NCBI GenBank assembly: GCA_964610015.1
Contig: CAZSUM010000002.1
Coordinates: forward strand, 5,725-38,408
From: an uncultured Lentisphaeraceae bacterium
GTDB lineage: Bacteria; Verrucomicrobiota; Kiritimatiellia; RFP12; UBA1067
Length of the DNA: 32,684 nt
Direction: 5' to 3'
Part shown: in pieces, positions 19,831 to 28,326 of the stretch
Position numbering within the stretch: the stretch's first letter is position 1
Layout of the letters: each line of letters opens with the position of its first letter
The notes under the pieces: generated by a model
The model's database searches: none
The model's input: the letters and a program-made list of their open reading frames with translations, nothing else
What the model was told of the DNA's origin: nothing
Translations under genes and position numbers: made by a program

Positions 19831-21924
19831 TTAACGGTTTTTCTTAGCGGTGTGTCGTGCGTTGTCGGGGGGTGCCCAGACATAGGCCAAGAACTCTTGA
19901 GTTGGGACCAGATGTCGCCAGAGAAAAGCCTGCATGCAATCCTCGGCACCCACCGCTGTACTAACCAAGGGTTGCCCGGCATGTTCGGAAACACCTTCGA
20001 TCACGAGAGGGATCGGGTCTTTTTGCCCCTTTAACGTGGTTCTGATGGTCACGCGCACCACACTCTGTGTGCCAGTCAGCGTCGCCTCCTGAAGCGTAAA
20101 ACCACTGGCGGGCTCTTTGAGTCGGAAACGGATCGTTCCGTTAAAGCCATCTTTACGAATCGCATGAAGGGTCACGGAGGCCTCACCTTTGGCGCGCATC
20201 GTTACGCGCGATGGCACCACCCGAAGGTCAAAACCGAATTGAGGGGCACTGATCCGTAATCGATAGGCATAGGCAGCGCCTCCGTTGTGCTGCGTATCAC
20301 GCAAACACACGGTATAGATACCCGTAGCAGGAAGACAAATCCGCAGATAGGCGTCCGCGTGGTGAGTGTTTAGACCGGAGCCAATATCCTCTTGATCATC
20401 ATTGAATCCCAACACGCGACCTTGCTCATCCAGAATCGTCAGGCAGGCGTCTAAGGGCGACCCTAAGCGGCGTGCCATCACTTCGGTCACGACCTCCTGA
20501 CCCGCTTCACCTTTAAATTTAAAATAGTCGCTATCGTTAGGCGTATCGATGGTGCCATTGATTATCTGTGACAGTGAGACCTGTTGAGCCTGGTCCGGCG
20601 TATTGTTGGGCTCATGTTCTAGGCTACCGGGTAAAGAATCAATGGCAAAAGAAATGGGATTGGAGCGAATGCCGTTGCGGCCGCTGGCCGTAAAGGTGTG
20701 GATGCCGGGTTGCAGGGTATCCATGGCCGGTAACAGCCGTTGCTCGGCAAGGTTCACCCCTTTTAATTCGATGACACTATCCACTGCGACCTGTGCACCC
20801 AAAGGAAAGTAGCTGGTCACAAAGGGTAATTCACCGAGCGTGATTCGATAGACAAAATCCTCCCGACCACGAAAGATCGCATCGTGAATGACGAGGGTAT
20901 AATCCCCTTGCTCAGGGATTTCGCAAAAGAGCACGGGGTCAGGATTCCCACGGTAGTCATCATTATAAGCAACCTCACGCCCTTGCGCATCACACAAGAG
21001 GAGCACGGGTTGAAACCAGCCGGGTACAGCATCGGCCAGATACGGCACCAACGAGCGCGCTTGCACCGTGGCAACCAGTCGTTGGCCACAGCGTGCGCTA
21101 AACCGATAGCGATCTACCGAGCCAGAGGCAATTTGCCCATTGATGGTACAGGGGAGCTGAATCACGATTTCTGGATCATCCAAGTCGGTCTGTGCCTCTG
21201 GGCCGGCCATTCCCGTTGCCATAGAGGTTGTCATCATCTCCATGTCCTCTTCCCGCTTCTTGCGCCGCGGTCGTTGTAACTCGCCAGAGGGTTTACGATG
21301 GCGCAAACTCTGAGACTCCTTCCCCAAGATCTGTTTGGGAGAGGTTGGCATCGGATCTCCTGAGACCTCCGGAAACTGACCAATATGAAAGGCAAGTGGA
21401 TTCGAGAGCCCACGTGCTGTGACCAGTCGAATCTCTCGAACACCTGGCAGTGCATTTGCATCGATCGTGACCGCCACAATCGCATGATTGGCAATGGACG
21501 AACATTGAGGTTGCTGAACATACTCCTCAAGCAATTTTCCAAGTCGTGCTATCAAGTTGGTGACTGCCGGCGTTCGTTTTGCACGGGATTGTGGCTTCAA
21601 CTCTTTGTGTTGTTCCCTCAACACCTGCATTTCCTGCGCATTGAGTTGGGGTTCATAGTCGATGAGCTGACCACACACGCCCGTGCCAGATACAGTCACT
21701 CCACAGACGTCATCAATCGCCTGGCCCCCCAGCATGCAATGAACGGTTGTTCCCTGCTGACCTCCAGCTGGATAAACAAATCCGATATAAGCTGGTTTCT
21801 GAGCCTGAACTGCACATGCAGAAAAACCAATACACGCGATGGCCCACAGCCGTTTTTTCCGCGCGATATAGCCGGTCAAGAACACAAACCGTTGTTTCTT
21901 CATCTCTTTGTTACTCACGCTCAT
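19831..21924 (-). CDS. Secreted protein with two pre-peptidase C-terminal (PPC)-like beta-sandwich domains, third member of the DUF1553/DUF1501 cluster
   Basis: The start is taken at the ATG at 21922-21924 (MSVSNKEMKK...), which is followed by signal peptide LWAIACIGFSACAVQA. There are two segments with the PPC-like pattern (DRYRF...G..L......D..L.L.D..G......DD and DSDYFKF.G.AGQ...). The longer ORF-track start would overlap the upstream gene. Confidence 0.65.
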   Translation of the reverse strand: MSVSNKEMKKQRFVFLTGYIARKKRLWAIACIGFSACAVQAQKPAYIGFVYPAGGQQGTTVHCMLGGQAIDDVCGVTVSGTGVCGQLIDYEPQLNAQEMQVLREQHKELKPQSRAKRTPAVTNLIARLGKLLEEYVQQPQCSSIANHAIVAVTIDANALPGVREIRLVTARGLSNPLAFHIGQFPEVSGDPMPTSPKQILGKESQSLRHRKPSGELQRPRRKKREEDMEMMTTSMATGMAGPEAQTDLDDPEIVIQLPCTINGQIASGSVDRYRFSARCGQRLVATVQARSLVPYLADAVPGWFQPVLLLCDAQGREVAYNDDYRGNPDPVLFCEIPEQGDYTLVIHDAIFRGREDFVYRITLGELPFVTSYFPLGAQVAVDSVIELKGVNLAEQRLLPAMDTLQPGIHTFTASGRNGIRSNPISFAIDSLPGSLEHEPNNTPDQAQQVSLSQIINGTIDTPNDSDYFKFKGEAGQEVVTEVMARRLGSPLDACLTILDEQGRVLGFNDDQEDIGSGLNTHHADAYLRICLPATGIYTVCLRDTQHNGGAAYAYRLRISAPQFGFDLRVVPSRVTMRAKGEASVTLHAIRKDGFNGTIRFRLKEPASGFTLQEATLTGTQSVVRVTIRTTLKGQKDPIPLVIEGVSEHAGQPLVSTAVGAEDCMQAFLWRHLVPTQEFLAYVWAPPDNARHTAKKNR

Positions 21925-21958
21925 GGTTTTCTCATGCCTTACTCGTGCCGAGATTGGA

Positions 21959-23293
21959 TCACATAATTTCCTTGAGGCGTCCGGCAGTCTTGGCTCCTTT
22001 TTCGCGTGGATCGAGCACTCGTGCATCTGCGCCCTCTGGGTGCGGCAGTCGGGCATTCGAATCAATTCCAGCTAGATCGTAGATAGACCCTATCAGATCG
22101 ATCGGATAGACCGGCCGCTCGGCAACTTCCTCGCCTTTTTCAGTTGAGCTGCCCACCAAATGACCGCCCTTAAATCCGCCTCCTGCCACAAGGACCGAAA
22201 ACACGTTGCCGTAATGGTTCCGCCCTCCATTCCATGGAGGTTGCCAATCCACTTTGGGCGTCCGGCCAAACTCGCCACAGCACCAAACAATCGTACGTTC
22301 TAACAATCCGCGTTCCGACAGATCCTCTAGTAGCGCGGCCAACCCTTGATCTAATTGAGGGCATTGGCGATTCATGGTGGCGAAATGGTTGGAATGTGTA
22401 TCCCAACCGCCTGGATAATTGATCGTGATATAAGGCACCCCAACCTCTACCAGACGACGCGCCGCGAGACACTCCTGTCCAAAGGTATGGCGTCCATACC
22501 GTTCTCGTATGGTATCCGTCTCGAGGGAAAGATCAAACACGTCGCGCCCCTCTCCCAAGATTAGATCGTAAGCACTTTTTTCAGCCTCACGCGCAAGTTT
22601 CAATTCTGGATTTCCTGCCAGCGACTGCCCCATCGTATTGAGAGAGGCGTGCAGATCACGTCGTGCCGCCTGTCGCTCATCAGTGATCCCTTTTGCCACC
22701 ACGCCTTCAACCTCGAATCGTGTGGCATTAGGGTCACCCCCTGTTGCAAAGGGGCTACACCGCGATCCCAAAAAACCGGCTTCTGAAAAACGCCCCTGTG
22801 GCTGGGTCAACACGACATAGGGAGGAATCAACCCTTTGTAACCCGCCTGTTCACCCTTGAACAAGGCAAAGATCGCGCCAATTGAGGGAAAAGCCAGCCG
22901 TTGTCCGGGCATGTGGCCCGTCTGCATCAGATACGCCGCTGTCTCATGACCATTGTTGCGATGGGTCATGCTACGAATCAGAGAATATTTATCCGCCTGT
23001 CGTGCCAATTTCGGGAACAACGCACCGATGCGAATCCCTTCCACGTTGGTAGGGAGCACCTCCTTGAACGCGCCTGTGTAATCAGCGCCAGCATCTGGTT
23101 TGGGATCCCACGTGTCGGTATGCGACATCCCGCCCCATAGAAAAACCTGAATAACTGAACTCGCTTTGGCGGTGGGCACAGGCACATCAACGGTTTGCGC
23201 CCGTGCTGAACGCCCTGCAAGCAGGCTTGCGGTTACACCGCAAACTCCGCTACACAGCATCTCGCGCCGTGTGATATCATGCCGTGATTTCAT
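21959..23293 (-). CDS. DUF1501-family (sulfatase/phosphatase-like) protein with a twin-arginine signal
   Basis: The start is taken at the ATG at 23291-23293, preceded by GGAGAG. It has a Tat-like motif (TRREMLCSGVCGV...ARA) and the characteristic WGGMSH.DT.DPKP and GEFGRTP motifs. Confidence 0.85.
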   Translation of the reverse strand: MKSRHDITRREMLCSGVCGVTASLLAGRSARAQTVDVPVPTAKASSVIQVFLWGGMSHTDTWDPKPDAGADYTGAFKEVLPTNVEGIRIGALFPKLARQADKYSLIRSMTHRNNGHETAAYLMQTGHMPGQRLAFPSIGAIFALFKGEQAGYKGLIPPYVVLTQPQGRFSEAGFLGSRCSPFATGGDPNATRFEVEGVVAKGITDERQAARRDLHASLNTMGQSLAGNPELKLAREAEKSAYDLILGEGRDVFDLSLETDTIRERYGRHTFGQECLAARRLVEVGVPYITINYPGGWDTHSNHFATMNRQCPQLDQGLAALLEDLSERGLLERTIVWCCGEFGRTPKVDWQPPWNGGRNHYGNVFSVLVAGGGFKGGHLVGSSTEKGEEVAERPVYPIDLIGSIYDLAGIDSNARLPHPEGADARVLDPREKGAKTAGRLKEIM

Positions 23294-23357
23294 TTGCTCT
23301 CCTTTTGCGCGATTCCAAAAGTCCGAAAGAACTTCCGTATCGTCTGCGCAAGACACC

Positions 23358-24926
23358 TCAATGCCGATAGAGAAATTCATCGCTGTTGATCAACGCCCAT
23401 GCCAGATCAATCGCGATGCCGTCTCCACTAACCACGCCTTTATTTATATACTGTTCGACCACCCCGAGTTCTCTTGTCGTCGGGAACCGCGAAAGGATGG
23501 TTAGGTAGATCTCTTCAATCAACGCCCGCTGTCCACGCATCTCGCGAATAAGCTGTTTGAGAACCGTGCCTTTTTCAAGTTTACCCTGAATATGACTCGC
23601 GTTCAGCAGGTGCATACGTTGGGGCACTGTTGCTCGGTTGATACGCTCGTTTGCCAGACCCGTCGCACGGGCAGGACGTCCGAACAGATCAAGAAAGGGA
23701 CTCGAGATCGACCCATCAGGCAAGGCGATCGCGGGCTTATTCGGCGGAATAAAAGTGAAGGGTTCGGGAATTGCACTGGTATAGAGATCCGAAGCTCCCG
23801 TGACTTTATTGATGGCGTCGATCAGCACTTCAGCATCCAGCTGACGCAAGGGATAATAGGCAAAGAGAGGTGCTGCCTGGGTCATTTGTTCAGGGGGGAA
23901 CACAGATGAGAGTTGGTAAACACGTGAACTCAAAATCAACCGATAGAGTTGACGCATATCATACCCGCTATTAATAAAGGCACGCGCTAGCACCTTTAGT
24001 AGCTCTGGATTACAAGGGGGATTATCGGCACGCATATCATCCGGTTCATGCACAATGCCGCGTCCAATCAGCCAGTACCAGACACGATTTACCACTGTCC
24101 TTGCAAACCAAGGATTTTCGGGCTTAATCAACCAATCAGCAAAAGCTTCGCGAGGATCACGTACTGATGTAAAACGATACGACTGACCGTCCGGTAGATG
24201 ACCCATCGGGGTGGGGAGGGGTTTTTGTGGATCCCAGAAAACAATCTCTTCTTTCCACTCGCGGGTCGGTTTATACCCGACCTGTGCAAAGAAGGCTGCT
24301 AAGTCAGCCAGCGCGCTTGCAGACCATTGATCCGTACGTTGCCCCATAAAGGTCAAGGCTACAGCACTTGCGATACCCTCGGGAGACCGTTCTTGAATTG
24401 CACGATAAAAGTTGACCGGTCCCACGCGAAAATTGCTACCGTTTGAAGTCAGCAGTTCACGCGCAAAGCAATCATACGGCTTGTTAACACGGATGGCCGC
24501 ACGCACCCACCGGTGATAGGCCTGCGCGGCATTAGGCCAAAGATTAACCGGAAACTCGGCTTTAATACGTAGCAAGTCGCTCCAGCGCATGGCCCAATAA
24601 TCCGCGAACTCCGCACGCTGTAGTAGCGCATCAATCAATCCTGCACGCTTGCGTAGTGACGGGTCTTTTAAAAAGGCACGCGCTTCTGCGGCAGTCGGTA
24701 ACGTGCCAATCACGTCTAAGTAAGCACGTCTGACAAACACTGCATCCGTACAGTAAAGCGGCGTTATGCCTTGTTGTGCCAGTTCCCGAAAGACCAGAGG
24801 ATCAAGCAAACTTTCGGTTGTCGGCGAGGTCGCTTGACAATAAAGAGCCCTAACGGCGGGTTCAGGCGCACCCAAACCCATCCAGACCACAAAACCCGTA
24901 CTTATCAAACATGCAATACGCCGCAT
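23358..24926 (-). CDS. DUF1549/DUF1553-domain protein (short form without N-terminal cytochrome-like modules)
   Basis: It has a signal peptide, the DUF1549-like segment FADYWAMRWSDLLR, and the DUF1553-like segment NRVWYWLIGRGIVHEPDDMRADNPPCNPELL...SRVYQLSS. Confidence 0.85.
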   Translation of the reverse strand: MRRIACLISTGFVVWMGLGAPEPAVRALYCQATSPTTESLLDPLVFRELAQQGITPLYCTDAVFVRRAYLDVIGTLPTAAEARAFLKDPSLRKRAGLIDALLQRAEFADYWAMRWSDLLRIKAEFPVNLWPNAAQAYHRWVRAAIRVNKPYDCFARELLTSNGSNFRVGPVNFYRAIQERSPEGIASAVALTFMGQRTDQWSASALADLAAFFAQVGYKPTREWKEEIVFWDPQKPLPTPMGHLPDGQSYRFTSVRDPREAFADWLIKPENPWFARTVVNRVWYWLIGRGIVHEPDDMRADNPPCNPELLKVLARAFINSGYDMRQLYRLILSSRVYQLSSVFPPEQMTQAAPLFAYYPLRQLDAEVLIDAINKVTGASDLYTSAIPEPFTFIPPNKPAIALPDGSISSPFLDLFGRPARATGLANERINRATVPQRMHLLNASHIQGKLEKGTVLKQLIREMRGQRALIEEIYLTILSRFPTTRELGVVEQYINKGVVSGDGIAIDLAWALINSDEFLYRH

Positions 24927-25094
24927 GGGATCTTATCCTCTCTAACCGAACACACACACTACGAAAGTTTTGATTACATTATCCTTAAACGGCTCACACG
25001 CCAATTTATTTCCACACACGCTGTTGCGGTAAATGAAAAAGACTCCGAAAATCAGGATTACGTTGTATCCCAAGAAAATCCTCAGACCTGTCTT

Positions 25095-25145
25095 GGACGC
25101 CTCGGCACCTCTGCCAAGGCTACGGCGTTCCGAAGGGGGATGCGT
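25095..25145 (+). repeat. REP/MITE-like GC-rich repeat, copy A
   Basis: The sequence is GGACGCCTCGGCACCTCTGCCAAGGCTACGGCGTTCCGAAGGGGGATGCGT. It is followed by a hairpin with stem TCCCTACC/GGTAGGGA. Confidence 0.8.
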
Positions 25146-25217
25146 CCCTACCGCGTGGGTGCTGGTAGGGATGGCTTTTCGAGCCGTCCGCAGGTCCTTG
25201 TCTTGGATTGCTGCGCC

Positions 25218-25272
25218 CGGTACGCTTTGCTGTGCGGACGCCTCGGCACCTTTGCCAAGGCTACGGCGTTCC
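25218..25272 (+). repeat. REP/MITE-like repeat, copy B (5'-extended, 3'-truncated)
   Basis: The sequence is CGGTACGCTTTGCTGTGCGGACGCCTCGGCACCTTTGCCAAGGCTACGGCGTTCC. The 5' extension is shared with the left arm of copy C. Confidence 0.8.
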
Positions 25273-25533
25273 ACCCGCAGGGAATCAGATCGAGATTATC
25301 AAAACGCTTATAACCGAAAGGGCCTCTGACTTGAAACCCTTTTTTATGTTTAACATGAGACGAGTCATTTTTCAGTTTTGCATGCCATTAATTAAGAGGC
25401 AACGCCGGCGAAAAGATTTTTTAATTTCGCGCTTGCTCGTAGGCACACGGTTTGATAAATTTCAGCCGTTCAACGACAAAGAAGGTTACAGGCGAGTGCC
25501 TGAAAAACCAAAGGATTTTTTAATTTTCACGGG

Positions 25534-25562
25534 TTGACAGCATATACCGTATATGCTAACGT
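25534..25562 (+). promoter_or_regulatory. Sigma-70-like promoter, TTGACA-17 nt-TAACGT
   Basis: Consensus -35 at 25534-25539, an AT-rich UP-like tract immediately upstream (GATTTTTTAATTTTC), and a -10 candidate at 25557-25562. Confidence 0.45.
25540..25556. promoter_or_regulatory. Perfect palindrome GCATATA-CCG-TATATGC inside the promoter spacer (operator-like)
   Basis: 7-bp arms with a 3-nt centre. It sits exactly between the TTGACA box and the putative -10 of the 25641 gene. Confidence 0.45.
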
Positions 25563-25640
25563 GACACCGTTTTGAAGAAGCCAGCGACGTTTAGGAGTCG
25601 TTTGGCTCTTTAAAAAAGAGAAACAAAACAAGGAGTACTC

Positions 25641-26453
25641 ATGAAGAAATTGATGATGTTTGCTGCCGCGATGACGATCGTGGGTGGCGCACATGCTTGG
25701 ACGTTCTGTGGAAGTCCGTCTGCAACAGGCGATTGCGATATCCCAGTTTGGGATTTCAAGGCGTCTGGCAAAGTTGCCAATGAAGGACGTTATGGCTATA
25801 AGGCCGTTAACAAGATCAGCCTCAAGGGTGTGATCGTTGGGAAAATGATTGTGGACACAATCGTGGACCCTCTTGATCCGACCGTGACCAACGAAGTTTG
25901 CTGTCTTGATGACGCGTTCAACGTCTACATCTATGATCGTAGCACGAGCGCCTTGATTAAGTTCGAAGATCAGCCGGTTGAAGTTCTGACGGCATTCGGC
26001 AAATATCTTGATGATATCATCGCACTGAACACCCGCCCTGGCCGTGGTTACACGCTGGAGTCCGATGTCATGTGGACACTCGAGGGTGATGATTGTGATG
26101 GCGGCGTGATTGATCTGCAGTTCGTTGGCTTTGGCAAGACCAAAGGCGGCGTGACCGCTGGTAGAGAGAACACCTCATCCTGCGGTGATAACAGCGTCGA
26201 AGGTTGCCAGGTGCGTGTCGATTGGCCGAGCTGGACAGGCTGGTTCACAGGTTGGTATGGCTATACGCCTTGCGATCTGACCTCACCGATGTGCGATTTC
26301 GATTGCACCTTGGTTGACGCAGTTGCAGGCGGCACATGGTCCGCAAAGCTCAACAAGAAACGCTCAGCTTACACCAGCATCGAAGCTGTTGAAGCTGCAA
26401 TGGAATCAGCGTTCCGTGCAAGTGTCGTCGATCTGTTCGATCTTTGCCCGTAA
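25641..26453 (+). CDS. Hypothetical secreted Cys-rich protein of 270 aa, no family recognised
   Basis: Strong RBS AAGGAG 5 nt upstream of the ATG. Signal peptide MKKLMMFAAAMTIVGGAHA. About 11 Cys in the mature part, a Trp/Gly-rich patch WPSWTGWFTGWYGY, and its own terminator. Confidence 0.75.
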   Translation: MKKLMMFAAAMTIVGGAHAWTFCGSPSATGDCDIPVWDFKASGKVANEGRYGYKAVNKISLKGVIVGKMIVDTIVDPLDPTVTNEVCCLDDAFNVYIYDRSTSALIKFEDQPVEVLTAFGKYLDDIIALNTRPGRGYTLESDVMWTLEGDDCDGGVIDLQFVGFGKTKGGVTAGRENTSSCGDNSVEGCQVRVDWPSWTGWFTGWYGYTPCDLTSPMCDFDCTLVDAVAGGTWSAKLNKKRSAYTSIEAVEAAMESAFRASVVDLFDLCP

Positions 26454-26486
26454 TCTGACTCTAAGCGTAAAGCTTAAGTGTTGAAA

Positions 26487-26520
26487 AAGAGGAGTCCCTG
26501 TAAAGGGGCTCCTTTTTTTG
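26487..26520 (+). terminator. Rho-independent terminator of the 25641-26453 gene
   Basis: Stem GAGGAGTCCC/GGGGCTCCTT (including a G-U pair), loop TGTAAA, followed by T7. Confidence 0.8.
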
Positions 26521-26669
26521 TTTGGTGAACTTGAGCGCGGTCGCTGCGGGACATGGAGTGTAGGTCGCACACGATTTTTTTGTACCGAGCGATGTTGTTC
26601 GGGCCGCTGGAAGATCGGTTAAAATCAACCTGCGGCGTGTCCCCCTGTTCGCCATTTATCCACTGTGCA

Positions 26670-26752
26670 CGGTACGCTGTGCTATGCGGACGCCTCGACA
26701 CCTCCCCCTTCGGGACGCCGTAGCCTTGGCGGAGGTGCCGAGGCGTCCGCCG
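26670..26752. repeat. REP/MITE-like repeat, copy C: a head-to-head pair forming a long hairpin
   Basis: The left arm GCGGACGCCTCGACACCTCC (26686-26705) pairs with GGAGGTGCCGAGGCGTCCGC (26731-26750), 19 of 20 bp, around a 25-nt loop. The reverse complement of 26703-26750 equals the repeat unit. Confidence 0.85.
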
Positions 26753-26893
26753 CGATAGCGCTAGATCGGTATTTACGCTTAAAAAGAGCAGGTGTAAATT
26801 AACCGCAAAGAACACACGGAACGCAAAGATAAACGAATAGCGAGGATACTACGTTATGTGATTTTTGTGGACTCTGCCGTTCTTAGGCTTAAG

Positions 26894-28138
26894 TTATTCT
26901 TCGGGCTGTGCAGGCGTGGGGCCTGCTTTTCTAAGGCCCTTCTTCGAGGCACGGGGTTTTAAGTTGAGCTTGAGCGTGCACTCAATTTTTGCTTTGGCGA
27001 TTAACGTATCGAGTAGGGCATCACGCTTTTCGATCTTGCGGGTTTCAATTAATTCTTTTTTCAGGGCATCACGCGTAATGTCAGGAAGGAGTACCTTCTT
27101 TTCGAGCATGATATGCGCAAAGTCGATTGAAACAACTGGTGCAGGACCTTTATCGCCTTCTTTCAAAAAGCCATAATTGATCTTGTTCAGTTTTAGAAGA
27201 TGAAATGAGAAAGGGGTTTCAACAACCTCGCTGACTGCGCCCACGGTTAGATTGGTCAGAGCTGTGATTAACTCAGGGAGAAGGTCTTCGCACTTGGTGG
27301 TTCCAAACTCACCATTCTCTATACTACTGCCGCACTCTGATTTGAGAAAAGCCAGATTGGAAAAGGTGTCTTTACCATCCATAATTTCTTTTCGCATCGC
27401 TTGTAGAGTGGGACGAAGCATCACATTTGTTTCGGTCAGACCGCGATTGGTCTCGTTACGTGTACGCAAGGCGGCATCGATATCGGCATCAGTGATGACA
27501 ATGCTGGGTAACAGAATTTCCTGATCGAATTTTTGTAGCAACAAAGAATTGGTTAAATCGGCATGAAAGAAAGATCCCGGCTGATTGAAAACATCTAAAT
27601 ATCGTTTCGCAGAACCGCGCGCTGACTTAATTTTTGTCAAAATGGTGTTTTGTTTTTCAGTGACTTCCTTCTCAGTTAGAACAACGCCTCGGGCGCGTGC
27701 CTCTTGTGCGAGAAGTGTTTTTAACGCGTAATTACGTACGACACTGTTCAGCCTGCCCATGATCAGGTTGGCACGTTCGGCCTCAAGATCTTTTGCGGTT
27801 ACACCGGCAGGGAGACGCGTATTTGAGATGAGCAGGTCAAGGTGTGCGTGAAGAGCGCCCCAAGTGAGGGACTCACCATTGATAGTAATGAACGGGGCTT
27901 CAGGTTTGAGGTCTGGTAGCTTGGGTGCTTCTTTTTCAGTCTGGTTGAAAGGCGCGTATCGTTTTCCATCTGGTCCCACAGGCCATTTGGAGGGGTCCAT
28001 AGCTGTGGGGGACAGTTTTTTAGCAGGGGCATCTTTAGGTAGTGGATCGGTTTTCTTGACCTGAGCCCACGCTTGCGTGAGAGAACAGATTAAAGAAATA
28101 ACTAATAAAAACCGAATTCCTTGATTGTGAAACACCAT
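26894..28138 (-). CDS. Periplasmic/secreted parvulin-type peptidyl-prolyl isomerase (SurA/PrsA/PpiD-like chaperone)
   Basis: The start is taken at the ATG at 28136-28138, preceded by AAGGAG. Signal peptide FLLVISLICSLTQAWA. The C-terminal parvulin pattern is FSNLAFLKSECGSSIENGEFG......L.PEL..A...L.VGAVSEVVETPFSFHLLKL. The tail is Lys-rich. Confidence 0.7.
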   Translation of the reverse strand: MVFHNQGIRFLLVISLICSLTQAWAQVKKTDPLPKDAPAKKLSPTAMDPSKWPVGPDGKRYAPFNQTEKEAPKLPDLKPEAPFITINGESLTWGALHAHLDLLISNTRLPAGVTAKDLEAERANLIMGRLNSVVRNYALKTLLAQEARARGVVLTEKEVTEKQNTILTKIKSARGSAKRYLDVFNQPGSFFHADLTNSLLLQKFDQEILLPSIVITDADIDAALRTRNETNRGLTETNVMLRPTLQAMRKEIMDGKDTFSNLAFLKSECGSSIENGEFGTTKCEDLLPELITALTNLTVGAVSEVVETPFSFHLLKLNKINYGFLKEGDKGPAPVVSIDFAHIMLEKKVLLPDITRDALKKELIETRKIEKRDALLDTLIAKAKIECTLKLNLKPRASKKGLRKAGPTPAQPEE

Positions 28139-28156
28139 ACGTCTCCTTTTGTAATG

Positions 28157-28186
28157 AGTATACTTTAGTTGACAGGGAAAATTCAA
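28157..28186 (-). promoter_or_regulatory. Promoter of the PPIase gene, TTGAAT-18 nt-TATACT (minus strand)
   Basis: The reverse complement gives TTGAAT (28181-28186) and TATACT (28157-28162). It lies inside the 5' extension of the ORF-track model, which supports the shorter start. Confidence 0.45.
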
Positions 28187-28270
28187 GCGTTAGCACTTCG
28201 TCTAAGAAGTTTCCGCGTTGCGGTCAACGTTGCAAAGCTTGCAATATGTAGCATCCAAGACCAGAGACCT

Positions 28271-28323
28271 GCGGACGCCTCGGCACCTCCGCCAAGGCAC
28301 CGGCGTCCCGAAGGGGGATGCGT
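28271..28323 (+). repeat. REP/MITE-like repeat, copy D
   Basis: The sequence is GCGGACGCCTCGGCACCTCCGCCAAGGCACCGGCGTCCCGAAGGGGGATGCGT. It has an internal perfect 7-bp stem GGACGCC/GGCGTCC. Confidence 0.85.
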
Positions 28324-28326
28324 TGC

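Noticed and set aside
21385-22082. 193-aa and 111-aa plus-strand ORFs, plus the 47-codon 5' extension of the PPC-domain ORF (21925-22065)
   Set aside because: The plus-strand ORFs are antisense to the coding sequence. The extension would overlap the DUF1501 gene by about 100 nt and precedes an obvious signal peptide that starts at the internal Met.
23294-23380. 29-codon 5' extension of the DUF1501 ORF
   Set aside because: It overlaps the DUF1553 stop. The internal ATG at 23293 has a GGAGAG RBS and is followed directly by the twin-arginine signal.
24771-25537. Overlapping ORFs of 98-180 aa on both strands in the 24.9-25.6 kb spacer
   Set aside because: They are built from the GC-rich repeat copies, and the same peptides (DASAPLPRLRRS, TPRHLCQGYGVP) recur wherever the repeat occurs. 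They have no RBS and overlap one another. The same applies to 26474-26815 (-) and 28169-28688 (both strands).
28139-28186. 16-codon 5' extension of the PPIase ORF (MNFPCQLKYTHYKRRR)
   Set aside because: It contains the TTGAAT-18-TATACT promoter and precedes an AAGGAG RBS plus a signal peptide at the internal Met.
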